Shown: piece after piece, positions 54,501 through 62,625 of the stretch | Layout of the letters: every line of letters begins with the position of its first letter | Position numbering within the stretch: the first letter of the stretch is position 1 | Assembly: GCA_964019425.1 (NCBI GenBank) | Contig: OZ025806.1 | Coordinates: 496,001 to 560,000 of the forward strand | Direction: 5' to 3' | Source: Flectonema sp. DT1601 | Lineage: Eukaryota | Length of the DNA stretch: 64,000 nucleotides | The notes under the pieces: generated by a model | The model's database searches: none | Told to the model about the DNA's origin: nothing | The model's input: only the letters and a program-made list of their open reading frames with translations | Position numbers and translations under genes: made by a program

Positions 54501-57105
54501 ATACAAATATTCGTTCAATCCCAAAGTGAGAGATATAACTACCAAGAACAGCCGCATGAGACTCTACCTCCGTATCAACAACACATAAAGTACCTCCACT
54601 ATTAATGCACGACCATAACAGAAGTGGATAAACAGGAGATGTGATCTTTGCGTTGAATAATATCCGAACACCCGCAGCGATAGGTCTGTTTTCACACGAC
54701 CACAGCACTTCGTTTATTATACTACTGTGAGATACTATAGTTGCGTGATTGTAAATATTTTGACCACCTCCGAGATCGCTGTTTTGTAGAAATGAAGGAA
54801 ACGACATCAATGCTGCATGATCATCATCATCATCATCATCATCGCCATTATTATTTGAAAGGTTACAACCATCGTACGATGTGAGGAGATCACATATAAC
54901 TTCCTGGACTAAAACTTTAGTTTGATGATTATCACTACTATTCCACGATAGTAATTCATCAACGTGTGGATATCTTTTTGATGTGATAATTGAATGAAGT
55001 CTGCAGTTATTAATCACACTCTCAACACAAGAAAAAGGTGAATTCGAATCCAAAGGAATACACACGCCTCCCGCTTTTAATATTGCCACCAACGTCAGTG
55101 TACAGAAATAACCGTGTGGAATCAACACGGCTATCCTTTTTCCGGTTAAACTACCAACACCACTACCCGACAGCATTGATTGTGTGAATCGAGCGTATTG
55201 ATTTGCTTGTGAGTTTAATTTTTGAAAACTAACTGCGATTGACCCTTCAAGCAACGCAGTCACTTCAGGAAAATCTTCTGCAGCCTGTTCCAATAGTTGA
55301 GTTATTTTTGTGTAAGTGTTTTTGACGGGTATTTGATTGACTGATGACAATACTTTTTGTATAGATGCTGCCTGAGCAGTTGACACAACTTCCAGATTGT
55401 TTATTTCATTATTTTGTAAAACTTTAACGAGAGTGTGAATGTAGTTCTCGCACATGTCTTGTACCCTAACTGGATCGTAAGCCTCACAATAGACAAGTGA
55501 ACCTTGAAGTGTTCCGTTTTTTGTATAACAGACGAGCTGCATGTCGAATAAAGACTGAACGTAGTCATCAGCTAGCAGCTGACATGGTTTTGCACCGAAG
55601 CTTAGAGTGTTGTCAGAACTAGGTGTACTTAAAGTGAATGGCAACACTCGATACCCAATTTCACTATTTTCAAAAAATTGAAATCCAATTCTGCAAAAAC
55701 CACTTCCATCACCACCACCACCACAATTTGCAGATTCCTCTATCGATGTTATCTTTTGAAGTATTCTGTAGAATGGAGTGTGGTCATCAGTGGTCTTAAT
55801 GGAGCTCAAGATCGATTCCGCCGAAGAGCAAATTTCATCAAAAGTATCCCCAGAAGGAGAGATCGGAATGATATTATCAAACATTCCTAAACCTGGTCTT
55901 GTGTCAGGTGATTGCTGAAAACCAATAGAAACATCCCTTCGATTACAATACTTTCGCAACAACACTATCCAAGTTGCTAATAAAACTGTTTCTTGAGAAA
56001 TTTTATTTTCACCCGAAAACGAAGCAATCGTATCAACCAATTTTGATGAGAACACTATTGGAGAAGACTTACACTTGCTACCTCTTTTTGAAGGGTACGT
56101 TCCACTTGAATTCCGTTTACCAGGAAGTTTTAAAGAAGTAATATTGGTAAACACCGTAGACTTTGAAGGGTTTTTATTTTCAGCTGATAAAAATTTTTTC
56201 CAGTAAATTATATCCGAACAATGCGATGAGACGGTTTCCATATTTTGATGAGTTTTTGGACCAGCAATCCTAACACCGGTCCCGGTGTAGTCACCTTGAC
56301 AGAATACATCTCCAAACAGGTAGTCGTCTGGGGGGGAAGTGGTTTCTTGAGCTTCACATGTGCGGAGGGTTTCTTCGCATGAGTTTGATGTTTTCTTTTT
56401 TATGTTTAGGTTGAAATTTGTCGTATATCCATGACACAGATCTTTAATAAAGATGTCAACAGATTTCAAATCACATAAAACCGCGTGAAAGGTTATTATA
56501 ATCGAATCCGAATCATGGCCTCTAAAAATACCAACTCTGAATAGTGATTTTGATAAATCAGAAAATGGTATTGTCATCTGTTGAACAAGAGCATTCCAGG
56601 ATGACTTTTGATCATCAGAGATTGTAATATCGAAGTTAAAAGACCCAACAGAGTGTTCCACGAGCATCATATTATCGACGTCAATACCAAGTCTAAGTAT
56701 TGGATGGTGATGTGATAAGCTTATCACAATCTGTTTAAGTCTAGGAATATCAATTCTACTTCCTAAAGCAGCTTTCCAACACAAAACTTGAGATGAAGCT
56801 GCCAGCTGTTCAACCACAAACTGCTGCATGCTACTGAGTAATAATTTATTTTCATTTTCCTTGTCATTATTTCCAATTGTTATTTCCGAAGCATTCGATT
56901 TCTTTCTCAGTGGAGCGACAGATATTTGTACAGAGCAATCAACACAAGTATTATCTGGATGCCTCTTTGCGATTATTTTCATATCACTGGAACTACACCC
57001 TCGACAAATCGTACGAAGGCAGCTTCTACACCAATGCCGCCTGGTGATCAAACTGAAGTCTTTCTGACATATACAACATTTTTGTTGACGACGATCGACA
57101 GGCAT
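45502..57105 (-). CDS. FYVE-finger-fused trimodular NRPS-like protein, FYVE-(C-A-T)3-R, catalytically degenerate
   Basis: 3867-aa intronless ORF. N-terminal C..C…FSLITRRHWCRSC…IC..C…C..C. C-domain relics FHAVLCD, THPICAD, CHPVFSD. A-domain relics KAGGVCIPLD, GQPISG, GELLI, YRTG. Carrier motifs GGSFL, GCDSV, GGDMT. Terminal SDR VLLTGATGFIA…YCLVRA. Confidence 0.9.
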   Translation of the reverse strand: MPVDRRQQKCCICQKDFSLITRRHWCRSCLRTICRGCSSSDMKIIAKRHPDNTCVDCSVQISVAPLRKKSNASEITIGNNDKENENKLLLSSMQQFVVEQLAASSQVLCWKAALGSRIDIPRLKQIVISLSHHHPILRLGIDVDNMMLVEHSVGSFNFDITISDDQKSSWNALVQQMTIPFSDLSKSLFRVGIFRGHDSDSIIITFHAVLCDLKSVDIFIKDLCHGYTTNFNLNIKKKTSNSCEETLRTCEAQETTSPPDDYLFGDVFCQGDYTGTGVRIAGPKTHQNMETVSSHCSDIIYWKKFLSAENKNPSKSTVFTNITSLKLPGKRNSSGTYPSKRGSKCKSSPIVFSSKLVDTIASFSGENKISQETVLLATWIVLLRKYCNRRDVSIGFQQSPDTRPGLGMFDNIIPISPSGDTFDEICSSAESILSSIKTTDDHTPFYRILQKITSIEESANCGGGGDGSGFCRIGFQFFENSEIGYRVLPFTLSTPSSDNTLSFGAKPCQLLADDYVQSLFDMQLVCYTKNGTLQGSLVYCEAYDPVRVQDMCENYIHTLVKVLQNNEINNLEVVSTAQAASIQKVLSSVNQIPVKNTYTKITQLLEQAAEDFPEVTALLEGSIAVSFQKLNSQANQYARFTQSMLSGSGVGSLTGKRIAVLIPHGYFCTLTLVAILKAGGVCIPLDSNSPFSCVESVINNCRLHSIITSKRYPHVDELLSWNSSDNHQTKVLVQEVICDLLTSYDGCNLSNNNGDDDDDDDDHAALMSFPSFLQNSDLGGGQNIYNHATIVSHSSIINEVLWSCENRPIAAGVRILFNAKITSPVYPLLLWSCINSGGTLCVVDTEVESHAAVLGSYISHFGIERIFVSPSYLSDLSSVSRILNCRPSSLRDIIICGEGLRMSPAIVLFLQNAPFSSVYVDYYGGQQTIVSSIKLLGACETWRESDIASLGQPISGNYCKILDTDMQQVPKGVEGTLHCAGSCLCSETAAPIAQIVPNFSLHDVDALLPDWTGVKSAFKDGNKDPKSGSRQHSPLCLCHNQSSEHITSCEDVVTINDENHIQYLRKNPSQMQIFSFSSRISFHAFEVLLRSISAVEDCVAIQHEHHLAVVLKTRRHTTVSVEFIRDEITKLVTSELIPSFLFTIKKIPTTPTGDVDRKKVASYIAGEVEKIKIISSDRSRFLLQNIENASSASSSPSSSPTGKSRDVMIERIQPPPPMVLDSVKSICLTELNLTVIDVEKSIFYYGGSFLTAVTIVGRICSKLNCVISISEVLEHASVSGISLLVNIAQLKGKRPIPISPYASEPSAVSLSQAELYNRHCSMRHPGDLNKFIHAVIQLGVVDLKRLADCLYRIVSNHGMLRTTYHLRKDQSIYQKVTTPDSVCLNISELQCEDICSQSEEASSLLVSEASIPFELSEDCLVRIRLFHFKNSTIFQLVTHPICADDYSVAIIMRDLKCCYTTQAESSLLTSPKSTSAQHALPYVSYTQYEKRLLLLAGDHAKLNSGVGVIGKKSLSRSTMRSINKIISSDSVKSIQGIAKECAVTRTSVFLTLYIIVISVFESSDEVKMAFPFSNRCRVEFGSTVGCFSSTHSVVVTPSRSLSFRALCNSTFDSLSQGLYDQHFREDETDCEKCFVDLTQTPQKLSRNLLNFPNSTLRMKNVELNSLDITQNYHSRSRHGYTLSTSMTEGTNGELNIQITFDNEKYSVEEVSSLLDSYTQLISFTSQSREFSFDSSVGFILQRSESLLDENSTLKLRDWSQVHVSSNTNWTVTNALIQRLVTDSDSVVIYPRGVKSVQPITISGLMDSSSSISSYLSTIQNPGKKSVIYMTSAVDIVKTVFACLLSRISFSIVRTDLFDRKEVIKICEKLEINYLLVDDEDFDENDNNSVTSIVNIEKIKITDNVDHIEDTGDATDVVFFTINPSTGSIHQKFTNTDLHHYCTKISVDELNWNNCTKLALIGQTITPFELFGCITSGGGFYLCDSVLYKNGINDHRNLEIDIFKDISPTDIIIPSWYLIHLYQNDAIPKSVSVIWFSCDQNESSKICELVSKNQNICFKRITSCSGYECSGIPALQCDVHRYLNEIENKTTDNLPLGKPSEGITATIVGPSGEMIPLYASGQLFLSGGGVVTVSDVESQNFCYLNSTDDHLLSFCCDMTCSWNQKGYIFNHTQTDNNKQMITYRGVVVNLCDIVRNLKQNPKIIFASVTKHSHVNNGKSFEYLVAIVSLTESATGIELREFSKDHHVGCVVPDFFILTKSSRKPTLTNAVCNILPHIPVHDDDEICQPSDVDMFFKKFKSEEETFQYSSDIVSSQSILNPLLVVRFQPESLTEIKLLLLSRFWSSNLSSIQSPVLGIGCDSVSLRRIACHVASFFKVKFSPRDLLSASTLRKIASHVDLIRKTSPLVEIPVSSFSDRNPLSHIQMEYLSSEFTSKFESRVVYICSDVGFELDVLKVQSVMNDIISTQELLQVEFCDGFLQVSDDVNLKREIVVTSATTTDEDIQTSVKEYITTLKFYSDTVLHGTDLITSSVLDKKYLILACHPVFSDDEGLRTVLSSIISLLKSNDSISESVCKYTNFTFSQKSILESPIGDNAISYWTGLLFGSSSHLSFPWDWIREDQQIRNYNTESIVVNDCVVENLIKISSEFSTIPSVVLTAVVSSIFHLYTSQCDVMVGLWDNLRESYNDFNTLGNYTKILPMRIKFPFQGKDSLAGLLSTLSRQYSESVGYNFVPESEIIKTVHRHRTLLSNPLYDIVVSYRDLYDDHNIVDTNMPVGSLQNFSFTLERHNSKSVMKLRYDSSKVSNQNSIILLQHVCFWLRDLSVIRSQIIADVRVVGNSEPNKPVSPSHELNNNIQLRHLLLSSAEKFSDRIICKEIDHRTGNFTTVTFKSFFDEAISLASIIQNSDKTSVCIENSSAARFDVSHLLCVIAAILSGKTFVVQSGTESHKHWTTKSDDHLLINRDMIIGVEEHLKNNFDKNEFSSNNVFSINCYDGTSIYHTEDVIREHCEWFSSTFQIEQTDCLGFINQFLSEVAVGHSNSLILFVSNVLPFLLIGGSICCSDARLLSSNTQKTLQESYNFIISTSNITVIAGRYSSGLVDIADELGVRHLLVSTAPNLSIEKLKKTVVSSLFVLPECFGVVAANIGINKKENSNQIEDRDGVKFILGEATPLYSLLTINKFKQQTDFSVPGELLIKSKHFKWNSIHKKQKSSTRSKFSEWSNGRVYRTGILAQIINNKIIQIGSQEALTAKRRGHHIDCAHLQRIILHLNKDIISKAIVITKDDSVGERRLICYVQKSLNSLVNKDIINEIWLSQVGVISPHIQIDRIVVLEHLPISDVRRSLRLITSQSNPSNFRIKFIPPRSYVEHIICLAFAESLGNDVSISVSCGDTLFYCGGDMTTATRVIKMINSMLSLSVPLQLINLLENPTPKRLASYVERFSKQTNKEEGSKPSLKEIEMMKNDLNIDSFVENYSDELNSERRSDVLLTGATGFIASFVLNDLMVEMKRKDSTQRDVIIYCLVRARSVSDGVDRIRKSFSKYQLDSHLLNKLINVGTIVILLGNAEHPHLGISRCHWDQLCSDVSIVYHLVGNTFNYSSLSYSLLRLLSIEGMKTILSLVVQLRKKKIVFATHLAGGVIPSSHPEVIINSNCNGSSLPSGITTGGAMSDFVCENLLKKMNSLGIDVTIFRLNNVTGSALTGVTNVNNISERLLLAFLLMKSAPDLQTPCSLLPVDYCSKIIVGLSSEAVSSGKVYHLSGGSMQWNSVISHMHSKHHLLMHRIELSTWKSRLHDHFCSDSTSQALQRVVSPLFNISDDVFENSSSVVASQAQTDLLKIGKPIPVPRIDKVLISTYVSYYQSLRVLGRKY

Positions 57106-57622
57106 TTCTAGTGAAGCAAATTAGTTAAGGATTAGAGGGATGACAATTCTGAAAGGTTAATAAGTTTCTACAGTTTGTTCTGACTGATGTATTGTAATAA
57201 AATAGTGTAGCCGACTGAGGAGGGGGTGATGATGATTTTAATGTGAATAAATAAAATGAAGAAAGAAAAGAAAACAAATGACAGATTACGAAAAGAAATA
57301 ATATTTTCTTCTTCTGATAACTGAAGCAGGTGAATCAGAGAGAGAGAAAAGACTTTGTGATGTAACGATGGTATAAAATATAAGTTTGTTTGTTTTTTTT
57401 GATATTTTTTTTTTCCTCAGCAGCTGAATAGAATCTCCATCAGAGTTTTCCTCAGCCTCGTCTTTCGGATCCCAACAAGTTTACTTTGCTTCAAATCCTT
57501 TTCAAATAAATCGGATTTGTTATGAGAAGGATGACATGCGATGTGAATCTTACATCAGGTAAATGCTTTGAAGAATTTACTAATTTTGTTTTCTTATAAC
57601 CATTAACCTAATTCATTCATGA

Positions 57623-60220
57623 CTAACCAAATGAAGGACTAGCGCTCATCGTCATTCTTCCAGATCCTCTCTTTCCAGCAAGAGGATTTAAATCCAACGG
57701 CATTGGACGACCATAGTTACCTAACTTACGACGTAAGTGTTTCTTCTCTTGTGGTTTCATGGGTTTGTAAAGCATAGAAGAACGAACACCATTTCCAATA
57801 TACTTTCTGTTAGCACCCATCGTACTCTTAAGTAACCTTGCTGGTGATGACTGACGCCTATTAAATTTACCCGTACCACCAGTACTTGCTTGGTGAGCGA
57901 AGGAGTACTGAAACTGTAAGCGATTCAGAATTCTTTTGGGGATCTGGGCGTGTTTTGATCTGCCCATGATGCCGCTGTTTTTTTTTTTTTTTTTGTAATG
58001 ATTAATGAAAACAGAAAACAATAACAAAAAAAAAACAAGTTAAAATTAATTCATACTTAGGATCTGGTCTCTTTTGAAGCGATCTCGTAGCAGTAACTCT
58101 TTGTAACTTTAGAAGTTCTTTTTTCGATGCAAATCCTCTCCATTGAGCAACGTGCCATTTTCTGTCTAAAGTTTCTTGCCTCTGCTTCCACCATTTTTCT
58201 AACGTAGGTTTTTGAAGCTCCGCATCCTGACCGATATTTTCCAACTCTTTTCTCTTCGCAAGACGACTTTCTAAGAGTCTGCAAAACTGTCTCTCTATGG
58301 AATTGCTTTTCTGTTTTTTTTTTTTTTTTTTTGAATTATTATTTGCTATTTTAGTTTGACGACGGATACAAATTATAAAAAAACAAGAAAACACACCACA
58401 ACTAAACTCTGCACCATTCCACGTCGACCCATTCTCCCAGTACGACCTGCACGTAGAAGGTACTCAGCAGGGTATTTTGGAAGATCAAAATTGATAACCT
58501 GATCGACAGGGAAATCTAAACCTCTAGAGGCTATGTCTGTTGTGATTAGAATGTTGCATTCTCCGCTTGCCCATTTTTCAAATTCAGAAGTACGAGCATT
58601 ATGAGAATTAGAACCAATAGTATTATGCATCATTGACACTCTGTAACCATCACGAGTCAATTGCCTAGCTACACCGATACTTTGGGCTTTACTTTGGAAG
58701 AATATAATAACACGAGACCCTCGTAATGGACTTCTCTGTGGACATAATGGAGGAAGACCTGTGAAAGGACCAGCCGTAGCTTGTAAATGTCCCCAAGTCA
58801 TGACTGGTGGTTGTGGTAATACGGGAACCATACAATCATTCGTTTGATTCACAATCGGAACTATTGATTGCTCGCCATCATAGTCATCCTCAACTCCTGG
58901 GAGGATAAGTGAAGGTGGAGCTGGTAACGCTTTCGGAGCAGCAACATCTTCTGAATAATCTTGTTTATAAAATTGTCTTCCTTCAGTGTTCAGAAGTCTT
59001 CTATAAAGGGGTTCCCCGACCTCTTCACTTCCACCCCGCCATTCTTTTGATGCGACGAAGGACCCTTTTTGCAATGGTCCATATTTACCAGATTCAAAGG
59101 TTATCGCATCTGGAAACCAGAAATTCATTTTATTATGCAAATCTTCCTTCTGGAATTTTGGATCCGGACGATTACCATACGTCCCTAACAGACCTATTAG
59201 GGTTGAGTATTTATCTTTATTTGGTATTATGAGGAAATTGTGTGAAGTGTTCAGAGGTGATACATGAAATCCATTCGGATCAACAATAGTGTTAACGTGA
59301 GGGATTAAATTATTTACACGCGACTCGTAACTCTGAGTCACAGCTGCGGATGCTAATAAAAATTGAACTTTATGCCTACCAAGGTACGAGTCTCTCTCAA
59401 ATTGTTTTTCAAGAAGAGGTATTAAATTAGAGTATAAGGATTCTGAATCGGTTTCTTTGGCTTTACTGTAGTGAGCACCTCCGAGGAGGAGGTCAGCCTC
59501 GTCGATCGCAAAATATTTAACATCAATGGGAATAACGTATCCCCTCTCACAAGCAAGTCTGTATGATGATGGAGTGCCTATAATGACGTCGAACTCACCT
59601 TTTTGAACGTAGTAACGATTTCCGTACAACTCTCGGACTTCGAATCCGGTTTCTCGACCAAATTTCGAAGCGACGCTCCAAAGTTGGTGAACAAGTTCAT
59701 TAGTTGGAGCCAACACAACAAACCTTGGTCGATTCTTTCTGAGTGTTACTCCTGCAGCTCTGTCTTTCATCATCATATTAAAGACTGGGGTCATCATTGC
59801 TATTGTTTTACCTGTACCAGTTGCAGCACAAAGTCTTGTTGATTTACCTTCCAAAGCAACAGGTATTGATAGTTGTTGAATTGCAGATGGGGTTTCAACT
59901 TCCATTTCTTTTAACGCGACCATTACTTGAGGATGTAGTCCCATTCTCTCGAAAGACCTTACAGCATCTGGTTTAATACGTCCAGTCCTCGCTCTAACCG
60001 GCATTGAATGCTGCATTTCCATACTCCTCACAAGATGTCGTTTTCTCTCACTTCCATTATTTCTAAATATTTCCGGTTCTGGAACTTTTCCAAAATGCGA
60101 AAACGGTGTTGGAACTTTCGCAAAAGCATCTTTTATATTCCTAAGTTTTTCTTGTTGTTTCTCTTTAACAGCGAGAGTTGAAATCCATCTCTTTGTCACT
60201 CGAGCTTGTATGGATATCAT
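57623..60220 (-). CDS. DEAD-box RNA helicase, probably mitochondrial, 3 exons, about 809 aa
   Basis: Exons 60220-58397, 58310-58057, 57974-57623. Motifs: Q motif PSAIQ, ATGTGKT, PTNEL, DEAD, SAA, SRGLD, RAGRTGR. Presequence-like N-terminus. Confidence 0.9.
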
Positions 60221-60533
60221 GTCGAGTGTACTGAAGGAGAAGATGTGTTTTTAGAAATCAAAATTATTTCACAAAAAAAAAAAAAAAATACACTCAAAGC
60301 TTCCTCACAACAACAGGTAAAAAAAAAATTACAATTTTTTTTTTTTTTTTTTTTTCCCCAATGTAGAAAAAAATGCGCAAGCAGAAAATCTAAACAGATC
60401 GAAAGAAAGTTAGAAAGTTTAGAATGATAATGGTGGTGATTAACAAACAATAAGCCTGTTAAAACACCAACAAGAAGCCTCCTTAGCCTATCAATTTTCT
60501 TACAACTAGCGATAACAATCGCGGTTCAGCATA

Positions 60534-61445
60534 TTATTTTTTCGTTTTCTTCTCGGCCGTTTTTTTCTTCTTAATGACCGGAACTTCTTCGGAAACTGTA
60601 TCCTCGTCGGATGATGAAGATGCCGCGCGTTTCGCTTTACTCCTCGATGCTTTCTTTGCAGGTTTGTCTTTGTTTTCTTTTACAACCTTTCCTCCTTTGC
60701 GACCAGCGGAAAGGTAGAAAACCTTACCTTGGCCTTCAATGTGTTGAGCCTCAAGAGACTTGCATCGGGGGATGAACTTAGGAACTGAGGTTTTTGAATC
60801 AACGAGATCGACGATAATGTTTTCCAGAACTTCTAAAGTATTTGTGTCTTGCGCTCCCTCAAAGTCCTCAACGATGATAGCGTTCTTTGGGTTCAAACGA
60901 ACACATTCAGGAGTATTCTCAATAATGAGTACTTTATCTAAGGAACGACCTAACTGTCTCAGGTCCTTGGTATAGTCTTCTTCATCAAACCAATTCTTGT
61001 TTCTCGTTATTAAATGTTTGATGATTCCCGCAGGTGATTTTCCCCAAATTTCTTTTTCAATCTCAGCGAGGACGGCTTTCCCGTAGTCTCTGACACCCGC
61101 TGTCCAAAGAGCGACCTCCGTGAGTTTACCAACGGTACGGAGGAGTCGTTTTGCATGTGGTCGTAAAAATAGAGGTCCGTCTCTTGCGTATACGATTGTC
61201 TCATCCAAGTCAAACACAACTAATAAAGGTTCCTCAGTCCCTTCTTCTGGTCGTGGTATTAATGTACTGGTCCCTCTCTTTAACATCGTTGGGAGTCTTT
61301 TCATTAATGCGGTATCCTTTCCTCTTCCGTAATCTTTTACGAAACTTTTACCTCGGAGTTCCTTTCCCTTTAAATTCTCATTGGATTCATCGGAAGAGTC
61401 TGAAGAACCTTGAGTTGATACTGGTGATTGAAGTTTCTTTGGCAT
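60534..61445 (-). CDS. NLI-interacting factor / SCP-FCP1-type HAD phosphatase
   Basis: VFDLDETIV (DxDxT), LRPH, WTAG…Y, KDLRQLGRSLDKVLIIEN. Confidence 0.88.
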   Translation of the reverse strand: MPKKLQSPVSTQGSSDSSDESNENLKGKELRGKSFVKDYGRGKDTALMKRLPTMLKRGTSTLIPRPEEGTEEPLLVVFDLDETIVYARDGPLFLRPHAKRLLRTVGKLTEVALWTAGVRDYGKAVLAEIEKEIWGKSPAGIIKHLITRNKNWFDEEDYTKDLRQLGRSLDKVLIIENTPECVRLNPKNAIIVEDFEGAQDTNTLEVLENIIVDLVDSKTSVPKFIPRCKSLEAQHIEGQGKVFYLSAGRKGGKVVKENKDKPAKKASRSKAKRAASSSSDEDTVSEEVPVIKKKKTAEKKTKK

Positions 61446-62097
61446 CCTTGTATTGTATTTTCTAAGTTGTTATTAAGAAATTATTAGAAATCAATAAAAT
61501 GACCTGAACACCGATCAAGAGTTGACCACCATCATAGTTGAGTTGTTTTTTCTGATTTGAATAAAGAAAAGACAGCGAAAGAGAGAGAAAGGGGGAAGAT
61601 ATCCATTGCAACAGCTATTAGACGGGAATCATGTTTTTTTTTGTTTTTTTTTGTTTGTTTTTTTTCATTCTCTTTTTTTTTTTTTTTCCAGAATTCGGTT
61701 TTCCTTTTACAAAACACCTTTTTTTTCGACATCGGAGAATGATGAACCACCTTCTCCCTTTTAAAGATAGCGAACAGGATTGAGCGAAGCAGCTATCAAC
61801 ACAGTCAGACTGAAGGTTAACAGGGTGCGAGTCATGAGGCTCATAGTTCCCTGCTGCACAACTCTTTTTTTTTTTTTTTTTTTTTTTTTTCAAAAAAAAA
61901 AAAAGAAGAGAAAACAGAGATCGAAACACGCGTACCACCTTCCTCACACACATCAAAAGAATCATCGAAAAAAAAGAACGAAAAAAAAAAAAAATAACAA
62001 ATTGTTATTACACTCGAGAAACTACACAGACAAATAAAAAACCAATACAGGAATTATGTGTCTTTTGGTAAGAATGTCACAATTGGATTTTTACTTC

Positions 62098-62383
62098 CTA
62101 GTTCGAAGTAACGCTTCTCTCAGGGGTGATTAGAGGATTCATCTGTGCCATGTAAACAGTGGCCCAACTCAACCAACAACAGAACGCTGCAGTAGCCATA
62201 AGTACTCTTACCAACGCTGTTTTTTTTTTTTTTTTTTTTTTTTGAAGAGGGTATTTTTTTTTTTACATTCAACATTAAAAAAAACATACCGGTGTGCTTA
62301 CCTGCCCACAAACCAGAGGTACTAGTGCCAATAAACCCAAGCACTAAATAGATTATCGTACCAATTAACAGCGTTTGAGACAT
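62098..62383 (-). CDS. ATP6V0E: V-type ATPase V0 subunit e (Vma9/ATP6V0E), 2 exons, 70 aa
   Basis: Exons 62383-62290 and 62216-62098. The spliced product ends [25 protein letters not shown], the subunit e signature. Confidence 0.88.
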
Positions 62384-62625
62384 TTTATTAAATTAGTTAA
62401 AAGACTTCAACGGAAACGCTGTTATGATGTAAATAAGAAAAAGTAAACACAAATCAGGGTCATTAGAGATTTACGTACATTCTTGCAGACTGTGTAAGAA
62501 GTAATTACCGAAATATTATAACAAATAGCGACAATGTCAAAACATAAGGCGGTGCTCATATATGTAATTTGTGAAGTAGTTAGCTCGCTACTTGTGTACT
62601 CAAATTCGCCCGCCCCGACTGCAAT

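Noticed and set aside
41937..60220. Biosynthetic gene cluster around the NRPS
   Set aside because: The neighbours are a low-complexity protein and an RNA helicase. No PPTase, tailoring enzyme or transporter is adjacent.
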